In this document: positions 1-9,233 of the stretch, in pieces | Layout of the letters: each line of letters opens with the position of its first letter | How positions within the stretch are numbered: position 1 is the first letter of the stretch | From: an uncultured Gammaproteobacteria bacterium | GTDB taxonomy: Bacteria > Patescibacteriota > Patescibacteriia > Magasanikbacterales > UBA922 | NCBI GenBank assembly: GCA_964498735.1 | Contig: CAZCHJ010000001.1 | Coordinates: 6,034 to 41,013, forward strand | Length of the DNA stretch: 34,980 nt | Reading direction: 5' to 3' | The notes under the pieces: model-generated | The model's input: only the letters and a program-made list of their open reading frames with translations | Databases searched by the model: none | What the model was told of the DNA's origin: nothing | Translations under genes and position numbers: made by a program

Positions 1-78
1 AAAATAAACCTTTTTTAAATGTTCCCATATAATTTTCTTTAGCACGATTAGTAGATAGTACTATACCACACCCACTCT

Positions 79-1254
79 CTATCCTGCAATAAGCTTCTGG
101 TACTGTTGTTCAAGATGATCTACGATCGGAGTCCAATTATATTTCTCTTCTACTACTTTCCGTGCCTTATTTTGAGCCGTTTCATGATCTACCTCTGGAC
201 CAAAAAAACCTATAATCGCCTCAGCAAGGTCCGTCGGGTCTCCAGGTGTAAACACATCTCCACCTTGCACACCTATCGTTCGGACACCGGGCAAATCGCT
301 TGTTAATACTGGAACACCACAGGACATTGCTTCAATCAATACCATCCCGAACGCTTCACCCTGGGTAGTTGATGGGAGCACACATACATCCCCCATTGCA
401 TAATGCAAGGGTAATTCATCGTACGAAACAGTACCTACAAATTTTATTATTTCTCCTAAGCCCAGTATCTTTGCTTGCAATTCGAATTCTTGACGTAGAT
501 TTCCTTCACCTACCAGAACTACTTGAACTATCATATCTTCATTTTTACAACGAGCAATTGCCTCGAGTAGTATCGGCACCCCCTTAAAATAATGGGCGCT
601 ATCCATTCCACCAACAAAAATAATAGTTGGAATTTCAGGATCAAGTCCATATCGTTCGAATAATATTTCTGGTTTTTCTCTTGGCTGGAAACGATTTATA
701 TCCACCCCGAATGGTAACTCGATCCATTTTTCTTTCGTTTCAGAATATACTTTTTTTGCGTCACTATGCTCAATATAATCAAATGAACTTGCAATCAATC
801 TGTCAGCTGACTTCAAAATGTTTGGCATGACGTAGTTCGCATATGTTTTGAATAGTAACCCCTTGAGCCCGGTACCCCTCGTATCCATATGATACGTAAT
901 AACCAGAGGCTTCTGTGGGTTACGTTTTTTCCATCGTGATACTAATTTTGCAGTGCCAAAAAATGGATAATGCAAATGCACCAGATCGAATTGATCAAGT
1001 TCGTGTGCAAGCGAAGGAAGGAACGCAGCGTTTCCATAGGTAACTGGCGCACTGAGTCTACGGCCAAAATCTTCTCGATCTTCGAGCGCTTTTGTTTCTT
1101 CCGCATTTTGATTGTTACGCTTGTATTCTGGAGTAAATACTTCAATAAAATGACCTCGTTCGTTTAGTCTACTCGCCATTTCAAATACCACATTCCCCAT
1201 TCCTCCATAGTATGGTGGATACGTGGAAACAATATGTGCAATTTTCATATACAT
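79..1254 (-). CDS. GT-B fold glycosyltransferase, family 4 (GT4)
   Basis: 391-aa ORF. N-terminal MKIAHIVSTYPPYYGGMGN loop and C-terminal GEAFGMVLIEAMSCGVPVL (E-x7-E) motif are typical of GT4. A GGAG-like SD lies about 8 nt upstream of the ATG at 1254 (alternative ATG at 1248). The start overlaps the upstream stop (TAATG). Confidence 0.85.
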   Translation of the reverse strand: MYMKIAHIVSTYPPYYGGMGNVVFEMASRLNERGHFIEVFTPEYKRNNQNAEETKALEDREDFGRRLSAPVTYGNAAFLPSLAHELDQFDLVHLHYPFFGTAKLVSRWKKRNPQKPLVITYHMDTRGTGLKGLLFKTYANYVMPNILKSADRLIASSFDYIEHSDAKKVYSETKEKWIELPFGVDINRFQPREKPEILFERYGLDPEIPTIIFVGGMDSAHYFKGVPILLEAIARCKNEDMIVQVVLVGEGNLRQEFELQAKILGLGEIIKFVGTVSYDELPLHYAMGDVCVLPSTTQGEAFGMVLIEAMSCGVPVLTSDLPGVRTIGVQGGDVFTPGDPTDLAEAIIGFFGPEVDHETAQNKARKVVEEKYNWTPIVDHLEQQYQKLIAG

Positions 1255-1595
1255 TATTTCTTCTCCCCTATTTCTTTCAATGCTTTATCACGTATCACCT
1301 GTGTCATGTCACGTTGCATTTTTTCTATTTTAATATGCAACTTGAATATTAAGAAAAATAAAAGCGCGATTGAAGTATACATTACCAGGTCAACTCCCCG
1401 TCCGATACCGATCACCCTCGAAATCCGATCGAGCAATTCAGTCGGGAGTGAGACCGTACCAACGACCGCTACCCAAAAAACAACCCAAAATAGCGCACCC
1501 ATTGGTCCGACAAAATGTTCTTTTTGTTTTCGAAGTACACTAATAATTGCCACGAGTGACAGTACCGCAATACCAAGTTGAAATATAATACGCAT
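1254..1595 (-). CDS. Small polytopic membrane protein, DUF2304-like (GT2-associated)
   Basis: 113-aa ORF with about 4 hydrophobic helices and a charged C-terminal tail (KIEKMQRDMTQVIRDKALKE). The size, the RISRVIGIGRGVDLVMY segment and the position directly downstream of a GT2 match my recollection of the DUF2304 family. Confidence 0.6.
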   Translation of the reverse strand: MRIIFQLGIAVLSLVAIISVLRKQKEHFVGPMGALFWVVFWVAVVGTVSLPTELLDRISRVIGIGRGVDLVMYTSIALLFFLIFKLHIKIEKMQRDMTQVIRDKALKEIGEKK

Positions 1596-1598
1596 AAT

Positions 1599-2261
1599 TT
1601 AACCTACAAATTTACCAATAATTAAATCTTTCAGGATAGCAAAACCACTCTTCATACGCTGTCCATATTCTCGATAAGTAACAGTTATCGGAATTTCTTT
1701 GAAAGTTAATCCGTGTTTATTTATTTGTTCAAGAATTTCTGTCGCATGAGCCATCCGATTATGTTTTAACTGAATTTTTGTAAACGCTCGCGAATTCAGT
1801 ACTCGAAACCCGTTATGTGCATCAGTAAGTGACAAGCCTGTAAATATACGATTAATTATACGTCCGATCGGCAATAATATATGTCGCTTGAACCATGGAA
1901 CCGATGAATTTTTTCCCAAAAAACGCGAACCTAGTACAATGTCTGCATTATTCTGTTCAATCATTTCTTTGGCGCGGAAAATATCGTCCACATCAAATTG
2001 TCCATCACCATCAAAATGGAGAACAAAATCAGCTTTTTTTTGCCGAGCATATTCATGCCCTGTCTCAAGCGCTGCTCCTTGTCCCAAATTTATTTCATGG
2101 ATAAGTACTGTAGCACCTGCATCGCGCGCACGAAGTGCAGTATCATCACTCGACCCATCATCAATTACTACCACTTCATCAACTTTTTTTTCCAATAGAG
2201 AACGCACTACCTCGGCGATTCTTTCTGACTCATTGTATGCTGGTACCAATGCAATAAACAT
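1599..2261 (-). CDS. GT2 glycosyltransferase, Dpm1/DPG-synthase-like (polyprenyl-phosphate sugar synthase candidate)
   Basis: 220-aa soluble GT-A. Motifs PAYNESERI, VIDDGSSDDT and the acidic FDGDGQFD motif. ATG start, 3 nt from the downstream gene. Confidence 0.8.
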   Translation of the reverse strand: MFIALVPAYNESERIAEVVRSLLEKKVDEVVVIDDGSSDDTALRARDAGATVLIHEINLGQGAALETGHEYARQKKADFVLHFDGDGQFDVDDIFRAKEMIEQNNADIVLGSRFLGKNSSVPWFKRHILLPIGRIINRIFTGLSLTDAHNGFRVLNSRAFTKIQLKHNRMAHATEILEQINKHGLTFKEIPITVTYREYGQRMKSGFAILKDLIIGKFVG

Positions 2262-2266
2262 ACATA

Positions 2267-3289
2267 TTACGCATTAAACTCAAGCGACTCCTTATGTGCA
2301 AGTGTGTAATCAATCGTACGCTTGAGACCTTCTTCAAGACGTACGAGAGGTATCCAGCTCAAATTTTCTTTTGCACGGCGTAAATCCGGAATTCCTTTTT
2401 TGGTAAGGAATACTAGAGGATTTTCATACCGAATGGTTGAAGTCGATCGAGTCATTTCAATAATTTTTTGCGCAACCGCACCCATTTTTTGAGGCTCATC
2501 ATGTCCTAAATTAATCAATGACACATCCGGATCTGTATTCATTAATCGAACTAATCCATCAACCAAATCTGAAATATAGCAGAGTGACTGGTGTAGTGTA
2601 TCATCCCCATAAATCACCAAATCTTCACCATTGATCGCACTCAAAATAAAATCTGGTATGAGGAGTCCGTCCCGTAGTTTCATCCGAGGTCCATATGTGG
2701 TAAATATTCTTGCGATTTTTGCATCAAGTCCATATACCTGAACATAGGTTTCAACACATGTCTCAGCAAAACGCTTTCCTTCATCATAACAACCTCGGGG
2801 TGATAGATGATGGACGATACCCTCTTCTTCTTCGCTAAAAATATGATCCTCTGCAGTTGGTTCGCCATAGACGACTGAGCTCGAACCAAATAAATATTTG
2901 GCCCGATATTTTACCGCCAAATCGAGTGTGTTCAGCATTGCGCGAGAATTAGCCCACAATGATTGTATTTTTAATGATTCAAAATTTTTAGGACTTGTCG
3001 GGCATGCAAAATGATAAATTTCCTGTACACCCTGGAAACGAACTCGAAATTTCTCAAGTTCAGGAAATTGCATGAGATCAATCGGTTGCGTAACATCGTA
3101 CTTAATAAACTCAAAATCAGGGTATTGCAATAAATGTTCAATATTGGTGATGGTAGAATTTGACAAATCGTCCATACAAATCACATGAGCTTCTTTCAAG
3201 AGCCTCTCGCAAATATGTGATCCGATGAACCCTGCTCCACCAGTCACCAGAACATTTTTTTTCTCAAAAATAGGAGTTTCCTTTAGCAT
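2267..3289 (-). CDS. Extended SDR of the UDP-glucuronate decarboxylase (UXS/ArnA-DH) family, divergent paralog
   Basis: 340 aa. VLVTGGAGFIGSH Rossmann motif, CYDEGKRFAE (UXS-type YxxxK context) and IARIFTTYGPRM. It aligns by eye end to end with the canonical UXS at 9230..10168, but carries SSSV instead of STSE and LHQS instead of QTRS. Confidence 0.75.
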   Translation of the reverse strand: MLKETPIFEKKNVLVTGGAGFIGSHICERLLKEAHVICMDDLSNSTITNIEHLLQYPDFEFIKYDVTQPIDLMQFPELEKFRVRFQGVQEIYHFACPTSPKNFESLKIQSLWANSRAMLNTLDLAVKYRAKYLFGSSSVVYGEPTAEDHIFSEEEEGIVHHLSPRGCYDEGKRFAETCVETYVQVYGLDAKIARIFTTYGPRMKLRDGLLIPDFILSAINGEDLVIYGDDTLHQSLCYISDLVDGLVRLMNTDPDVSLINLGHDEPQKMGAVAQKIIEMTRSTSTIRYENPLVFLTKKGIPDLRRAKENLSWIPLVRLEEGLKRTIDYTLAHKESLEFNA

Positions 3290-3305
3290 ATGAAAGCTAA
3301 AAAGA

Positions 3306-5306
3306 TTAAAATGGCACTACTGCCGTAATAACATTAGTATTCACCGAGAGTACATTATCAATTGACCGATCGAGTAATTGTACACTTCCATCGGGTGTAA
3401 AAATTTTTAATGTTTGCATACCGCGTTTCGGAGTCACTACGAGCTGTTCTTCTCCCTCATCTCCATACACTACGCTAGACACATTGACTCCTCCACGGAA
3501 TGAAAGATCGTATGGTCTAAATGAACCAACTACTTCACCGCTCAACGAAAACAAACTTACCACTGGTCCGGTTCCAACATCTGAACCAATTGCAATCAAT
3601 TGTTCATCAGACGTATTGACCACGGCAACACTTCCACTTGTCTTCAATTGTGTTTCAAATAATTTCTGTGGTTCTTGCAAAAGAAGATCAATTTTTTGTA
3701 TTACTACTCTTCGATCATTTTCTTCTGTTACATATAGAAGTTCGTCATTATCATTCTCTAGATCTTGATACACTGTAGCATGTACACTCTTATGCTTCAC
3801 AGTATCCCCAATCGTTCGAAGGAGTGTGCCATCAATTGCGAACACTTGTATTACTGTATTACCACTATCGGTTGCGGATAGTACAATTTCTTTGGTTTCA
3901 TCGCCATATAAATTTGCAGAGAGAATTTGGTACGATCTATTATCAACAGACCATCGGTAACGACGTTTCCAAGACGAATCATACACGAGTACATACTGCT
4001 CAGTATTATTTTTTTTCTTGATCACTACATAATATACCGAACCATTGATATCTCGTACTGCTGAAAAATTAATAGCATCACCGAGAATGTTACTTGGCCG
4101 CTCAATCCTATTCCCTTCGAATATATCATCATACACAGCACCTCCTTGTGAACTGACTAAGATACGACGAGCTGCGGTAAATGATTCATCAGTTTCACCT
4201 GCAATAAAATTTTTTGCAGCTGGCACCACACCAAGTTGTGCCGCTTCGATAGCAGCTCCGACCTGCAGAAGTCCACTTCCATATGCCTCTTGATATATTT
4301 TTTCATCGCTGCCCACAGTATGATGTGCAGTTGCCTTCAGTACACGAACTATTTGATCGATATTCCACGACTGCTGCACACTCTTAACCAACGCAGCAGC
4401 ACCAGTAACAAAAGGTGCCGCAAATGACGTGCCGTTCCAACCATTTTTGAAATCAACATCACTACCCGTCCGGACAGAACCACCAATATTAACACCTGGA
4501 GCAGTAAGGTCGATGCATGATCCTCCAACATTAGAAAAAGATGCTAGGCGACGCGTGGGTCCAATAGCACTGACGCCGAGTACTGCCGTGTAAGGCCTAT
4601 GTGCATCACCGCAAACAGGAAATCGAGTAGATCCATCCAAGTCTACGCTCTCATTCCCAGCAGCAGCCACTACTATGACACCATTTTGGTATGCATAGTT
4701 GAGTGCCTGAACTACTTCAGGAACGAATCCGTATCCTACGATACTAATATTAATCACGCTTGCGCCATTATTCACTGCATAATAAATAGCGTCTACTAAT
4801 GGTTTAGTTTCTCCTAGCCCTTGAGAATCAATTATTTTGAGATCCATCAGCTTCACACCTGGAGCAATACCTACACCACCAATAGCATTATTACTTGTCG
4901 CAGCAATCAACCCTGCAACCATTGTTGCATGACTCCCGAGTGAATCTTCTTCGTCACTCTCTTTTGAAATATCGAGTTTATTAGAATTATCTAAAAAATT
5001 CCACCCATGTATATCATCAATGTACCCATTTCTATCATCATCAATACCATTATCAGGAATTTCTCGGGTATTGACCCATAGAGTACTCTTAAGATCTGGG
5101 TGTGTGGTATCAAATCCATTATCAATAATAGCAACAATGGTACTAGAAGACCCATGCGCAAGCTCCCACGCTCGGTACACATCAGCCGCTTCATAAGACC
5201 ACTGACGTGCTTGCGGATCATTAGGGAACTCACCGTGGACCGGTAAGCTGGTACCCAAAGTGCCTATCAATATCGCAACTATTGCTATATAAATGGATTT
5301 CCCCAT
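3306..5306 (-). CDS. Secreted subtilisin-like serine protease (peptidase S8) with C-terminal FG-GAP/beta-propeller-like repeat domain
   Basis: 666 aa. N-terminal signal peptide (MGKSIYIAIVAILIGTLGTSLPVHG/EF). Catalytic triad contexts AIIDNGFD (Asp), GSHATMVAG (His) and GTSFAAPFVTGAAAL (Ser), with oxyanion AAAGN. The C-terminal ~280 aa carries repeated YGDE/acidic-loop units (LYGDETKEIVL, VYQDLENDNDELLYV, FRGGVNVSSVVYGDEGEEQLVV). Confidence 0.85.
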   Translation of the reverse strand: MGKSIYIAIVAILIGTLGTSLPVHGEFPNDPQARQWSYEAADVYRAWELAHGSSSTIVAIIDNGFDTTHPDLKSTLWVNTREIPDNGIDDDRNGYIDDIHGWNFLDNSNKLDISKESDEEDSLGSHATMVAGLIAATSNNAIGGVGIAPGVKLMDLKIIDSQGLGETKPLVDAIYYAVNNGASVINISIVGYGFVPEVVQALNYAYQNGVIVVAAAGNESVDLDGSTRFPVCGDAHRPYTAVLGVSAIGPTRRLASFSNVGGSCIDLTAPGVNIGGSVRTGSDVDFKNGWNGTSFAAPFVTGAAALVKSVQQSWNIDQIVRVLKATAHHTVGSDEKIYQEAYGSGLLQVGAAIEAAQLGVVPAAKNFIAGETDESFTAARRILVSSQGGAVYDDIFEGNRIERPSNILGDAINFSAVRDINGSVYYVVIKKKNNTEQYVLVYDSSWKRRYRWSVDNRSYQILSANLYGDETKEIVLSATDSGNTVIQVFAIDGTLLRTIGDTVKHKSVHATVYQDLENDNDELLYVTEENDRRVVIQKIDLLLQEPQKLFETQLKTSGSVAVVNTSDEQLIAIGSDVGTGPVVSLFSLSGEVVGSFRPYDLSFRGGVNVSSVVYGDEGEEQLVVTPKRGMQTLKIFTPDGSVQLLDRSIDNVLSVNTNVITAVVPF

Positions 5307-5370
5307 AGTCCGCTTGTTTTTATCGCTATATTCTGCTAAATTATATTTATAAGCATAACATACTAACGTT
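5307..5370. promoter_or_regulatory. Divergent promoter region between the subtilase operon (-) and the phosphoglycosyltransferase gene (+)
   Basis: 64-bp AT-rich spacer between divergent starts. A weak plus-strand candidate is TTGTTT (5314-5319), 17 bp, TAAATT (5337-5342). Several TATATT-like hexamers are present and there is no strong consensus. Confidence 0.3.
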
Positions 5371-6795
5371 GTGTTCGCAACTATATCTTTTAGCTATAGA
5401 CTCCGCCAAATACTCCTTGTTTTAGGAGATTTTGCTTCATACTATATCGGGTTCATCATAGCCCTTGGTTTACGTATTTTTTCAATTCCATCTACCGACC
5501 TAATCATACAACACCTCGGTCCTTTTACTCTCGTTTTTTGTTTGTGGATCGTTGCTAATTATATTAATGGGCTCTATGATCTTCGACTTATGGCCCTCAA
5601 TGGTAATACTCGACGGATGATTGAGTCTGCGATTGTTGCTGTGCTCATTGGTATGATTTTTTTCTATCTCGCAGACACAAGTGATATTTCTCCAAAGACT
5701 ATACTCGCCCTCACTACAGTCATCGGATTCGGAATAGCGGGCATTTTCCGGACTCTCTACCTCTCGTATATCGGCACTCACAAACTCAAAACACGCATTT
5801 TATTTTTGGGTGTTACCGAGGAAATCAAAGAATTGATCTCGATTCTCGAGAGCCAACCACATCTCGGATATCACGTTTCTGCAATTGTTGATCCTGATCA
5901 TGTGTTTCAAAAAACTCCCCATGAAGAAATCGAGTTGTATCACACCATCAATACCCTCCGACCTGCGATTGACACACAGCACATACATACCGTCGTGGTT
6001 GCTCCACACATGAACAATCAGGAAGAGGTAAAGCGAGAACTATATGAACTTTTGTTCTGGCAAGTTAATATTATCGACATGACTTCATTCTATGAGACAG
6101 TGACTGGACGGATACCGCCGAGTACTTTCTCTGAAAGTTGGTTTCTCAGTAATTTACAAACTGCAGAACACCCAGTCTATACCAAAGCTAAACGTGGCAC
6201 AGATATTTTATTTGGTATTTTGTTTGGTTTAATCTTTGTCATCCTCTTCCCAATTCTCGCACTCATGATCAAATTATCATCACCTGGACCAATTTTTTTC
6301 AAACAGCAACGAGAGGGATCTGATGGAAACAAGATGGTTGGAGAGGGTGGAAAAATTTTCTGGATGTATAAACTGCGCACCATGTATGCACTTGCTGAAG
6401 ATGGAAGTGCCGAGACACATGGTTATGAGTTTGCGCAGAAGGGAGATCAGAGAATCACTCCGATTGGTAAATTTTTACGAAAAACAAGACTTGATGAATT
6501 ACCTCAGGCATTTAATTTACTTCGTGGTGACGTGACACTGGTTGGCCCTCGACCTGAACGACCAGAAATTGTTGAAGAGCTTACTAGAATCATGCCGTAT
6601 TATCCTCTCAGACATATTATAAAACCCGGTATCACAGGCTGGGCCGCTATTCATCAGCATTATACTGATAATCTCGAATCATCACTCAAGAAACTCCAGT
6701 ACGATCTGTATTATATAAAAAATAGATCAGCACTCCTCGATATATCAATTATTCTTAGAACCATTAATGTAGTGTTGCGTGGAATGGGGCAATAA
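5371..6795 (+). CDS. Polyprenyl-phosphate hexose-1-phosphate transferase (large PGT, WbaP/CpsE/EPS sugar-transferase family)
   Basis: 474 aa with a GTG start. N-terminal TM helices, central TRILFLGVTEE Rossmann-like domain and C-terminal bacterial sugar-transferase domain (KRGTDILFG..., PGPIFFKQQREG, YKLRTM, DELPQAFNLLRGDVTLVGPRPERPE). Confidence 0.85.
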   Translation: MFATISFSYRLRQILLVLGDFASYYIGFIIALGLRIFSIPSTDLIIQHLGPFTLVFCLWIVANYINGLYDLRLMALNGNTRRMIESAIVAVLIGMIFFYLADTSDISPKTILALTTVIGFGIAGIFRTLYLSYIGTHKLKTRILFLGVTEEIKELISILESQPHLGYHVSAIVDPDHVFQKTPHEEIELYHTINTLRPAIDTQHIHTVVVAPHMNNQEEVKRELYELLFWQVNIIDMTSFYETVTGRIPPSTFSESWFLSNLQTAEHPVYTKAKRGTDILFGILFGLIFVILFPILALMIKLSSPGPIFFKQQREGSDGNKMVGEGGKIFWMYKLRTMYALAEDGSAETHGYEFAQKGDQRITPIGKFLRKTRLDELPQAFNLLRGDVTLVGPRPERPEIVEELTRIMPYYPLRHIIKPGITGWAAIHQHYTDNLESSLKKLQYDLYYIKNRSALLDISIILRTINVVLRGMGQ

Positions 6796-6857
6796 CAAGG
6801 TCAAAAATAAAATGGAAGAAGTAAAAAGAAATAAATTCAAATACAAATTTTAATTAC

Positions 6858-6890
6858 AAAAATGCACATGTTACTGTGCATTTTCTTTTG
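6858..6890. terminator. Bidirectional intrinsic terminator between convergent genes
   Basis: Perfect 10-bp inverted repeat, aaaatgcaca (6859-6868) and tgtgcatttt (6875-6884), with a 6-nt loop. It is flanked by an A5 run on one side and ttttcttttg on the other, so either strand reads hairpin plus U-tract. The stem is GC-poor (3 G:C pairs). Confidence 0.55.
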
Positions 6891-6915
6891 CCTTTTTACT
6901 TTTAACTTTTTCCCT

Positions 6916-7833
6916 TTACTCAATTCCCCATTCTTTTTTGAGCTTAGCGATTCCTTCTTCGAGTGTAATCGTCGGTTCCCAATTGAGTAAACTTTTTGCT
7001 TTCGTAATATCAGCACGAAAATATCTTCCATCTCCTGGTCTTGGTGGTACCATTACATGTTTACCCCCGATCATAGCAACAATCTCATTTACCGAATGTG
7101 GATTATTATTTCCAATATTAATCATCTCGCCTTTTCCAACACTATCAGATGACATGGCCAATATATTGGCACGCGCAACATCAGATACATGGGTGTAATC
7201 TCGGAAATACTCACCATCCCCACATACGGTCATTGGCTCACCATTTTTGACTTGTTCGAGGAATCTACCTATGACAAGTGCATATGCTCCCTTAGGATCT
7301 ACATGTGGCCCATACACATTAAAATACACCAGTGACACTGTTTCGAGTGAATATAATTCTGAGAATAGACGGCAATACTGTTCTCCGATAAATTTGTGTA
7401 ATGCATATGGTGCAATCGGTTTTTTTACAACCGTATCTTCTTTGAGCGGGAACATCTCACGGGGTTGATCGCCGTAGGTTGAACTCGATGAAGAGAATAC
7501 CACGCGTTTTACTTTTCGATCTCTTGCAGCGAGCAATACATTGAGTGTTCCATTCACATTCACATCATGTGTTTCTTGGGGATGGTCTACTGAATACGTA
7601 ACTCTCGGAAGGGCAGCTAAATGAAATACACCATCTACACCCTCCATTTCCCGAAGAAGCAGATCAAAGTCTCGAATATCGCCCTCAACATATTCAACTT
7701 CTTTCTGAATTCGTTCTTCTTTTCTTCCTCCTGAAAAATTATCAACTACCTTCACTTCGTGTCCTGCATTTTTTAATGCAATAACTAGATTGGTTCCAAT
7801 GAACCCGGCTCCACCGGTGACAAGATACTTCAT
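6916..7833 (-). CDS. NAD-dependent UDP-sugar 4-epimerase (GalE/WbpP-like extended SDR)
   Basis: 305 aa. MKYLVTGGAGFIGTN, SSSSTYG and YALHKFIGE (YxxxK). Lies directly downstream of UGDH, so the substrate may be a UDP-uronate, UDP-hexose or UDP-pentose. Specificity cannot be read from the sequence. Confidence 0.75.
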   Translation of the reverse strand: MKYLVTGGAGFIGTNLVIALKNAGHEVKVVDNFSGGRKEERIQKEVEYVEGDIRDFDLLLREMEGVDGVFHLAALPRVTYSVDHPQETHDVNVNGTLNVLLAARDRKVKRVVFSSSSSTYGDQPREMFPLKEDTVVKKPIAPYALHKFIGEQYCRLFSELYSLETVSLVYFNVYGPHVDPKGAYALVIGRFLEQVKNGEPMTVCGDGEYFRDYTHVSDVARANILAMSSDSVGKGEMINIGNNNPHSVNEIVAMIGGKHVMVPPRPGDGRYFRADITKAKSLLNWEPTITLEEGIAKLKKEWGIE

Positions 7834-7844
7834 AGGGATAATGT

Positions 7845-9233
7845 TTAAATTTTATTTTTTGATAAAAAAGGAGAACCCACAGCAATAATAGAAAAACCAG
7901 CTTCTACTAAATCAGCATATCGATGCTGTAAAATCCGCCGACCATCCATAATAAGCGGTCGTTTTTTTTGCGTCAACAGTGTATCGCCTAACTCTCGAAA
8001 CTGTGGCCAATCAGTCGCCAATATTACCACATCAGCATTTTCTAGTACTGATGTTTCTTGATCAGCATATTCAACTTTCTTATTATCTTTTGTTGCGATT
8101 TTAAAATTTTCCATTGCCACAGGATCATACACCGCAACAGTAGCCACATCTTCTTTGGTCAGGTGGAGTACAATATCGAGACTTGGTGAATTTCGTATAT
8201 CATTGGTCCCCTGCTTGAATGCAGCACCAAGTAACGCAATACGCTTACCCGACCATGAAACTCCTGCTTCTTTTACGGCACGCCCAAGAAATAGCTCTAG
8301 TTGTCGTTTATTAGCAAGATATGTTTCGTCAATCAGAGTTGCACCATACCCTGCGGTTTGTAGTTGATGAGATAGCGAACGCGCATCTTTGATAAAGCAA
8401 CTCCCTCCGGCATACAGACTATCATAGAGCCCCCACGTTCCAATACGTGGATCGGTTGTGAGTACTCTTCGAATATTCTCAAAATTCAAACCTGGAAATG
8501 CTTCGCAGGTTCGACCAATCACATCGAAACAAATGGCGAGCTTATTAAACAGATAAAAATTTGCAAGTAACTTTCCAGCTGCTGCTTCGTGTGGATTAAT
8601 TTCAATATACTCAATTCCTGACGCATCATAAAAGCGTCGGTATATTTTTCTCATGATTTCAAAATCTTTTTCACTTTGTGCACCAATTACAACTCGATCA
8701 GGATGCAGGGAACCCTGTATCGCTTTCCCCTCTACCAAAAATTCTGGATTAGATACTACGCCATATTCTTGTACCTCATGTTTTTTCATTATCTGCTCTG
8801 TTTGATCAATCATTGAGATAGGTACAGTGCTTTTGTTTACGATAACAATATATTTTGACTGCGTTCCTTCATTTCGTGTAGCGAGTGTTTGGGCTATTTT
8901 TTCTGCTCCCGCAAAATAATAAGAGAGATCACTCTCACCAGTCTCACCAATTTCTGGTGTTGGCAGACACATGAAAATAGCGTCACACGTATTAATAAAC
9001 TTTTCCACCACATCGTACGTTGACGTAAATTCAATACGTTCTTTATTGCGAATAATCAGGTCTGCAAGACCTTCTTCAAATAAACAAGACTGAATCTGAC
9101 TTCGGTCGCCACTATTTAATTTTTTTACTTTATTTTCATCGGTATCATATACTATTACTTGATGACCACTATCAGCCGAAACGGCGGCTGAGCACGCACC
9201 AACAAATCCTCCACCGATATACACAATGTTCAT
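7845..9233 (-). CDS. ugd: UDP-glucose 6-dehydrogenase
   Basis: The ORF-track entry 7845..9335 is trimmed to the internal ATG at 9233, which gives the canonical N-terminus [13 protein letters not shown] and an ATGA overlap with the upstream stop. Motifs [10 protein letters not shown], catalytic-Cys motif GGSCFIKD and [12 protein letters not shown]. Adjacent to UXS. Confidence 0.85.
   Translation of the reverse strand: MNIVYIGGGFVGACSAAVSADSGHQVIVYDTDENKVKKLNSGDRSQIQSCLFEEGLADLIIRNKERIEFTSTYDVVEKFINTCDAIFMCLPTPEIGETGESDLSYYFAGAEKIAQTLATRNEGTQSKYIVIVNKSTVPISMIDQTEQIMKKHEVQEYGVVSNPEFLVEGKAIQGSLHPDRVVIGAQSEKDFEIMRKIYRRFYDASGIEYIEINPHEAAAGKLLANFYLFNKLAICFDVIGRTCEAFPGLNFENIRRVLTTDPRIGTWGLYDSLYAGGSCFIKDARSLSHQLQTAGYGATLIDETYLANKRQLELFLGRAVKEAGVSWSGKRIALLGAAFKQGTNDIRNSPSLDIVLHLTKEDVATVAVYDPVAMENFKIATKDNKKVEYADQETSVLENADVVILATDWPQFRELGDTLLTQKKRPLIMDGRRILQHRYADLVEAGFSIIAVGSPFLSKNKI

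Noticed and set aside
55-64. Perfect 10-bp palindrome atagtactat just downstream of the GT4 stop, and a possible minus-strand ATG at 26-28 starting a gene that runs off the window.
   Set aside because: A palindrome with no loop cannot form a terminator hairpin and is short enough to arise by chance in AT-rich sequence. The putative downstream ORF has only 9 codons in the window, which is too little to support a feature.
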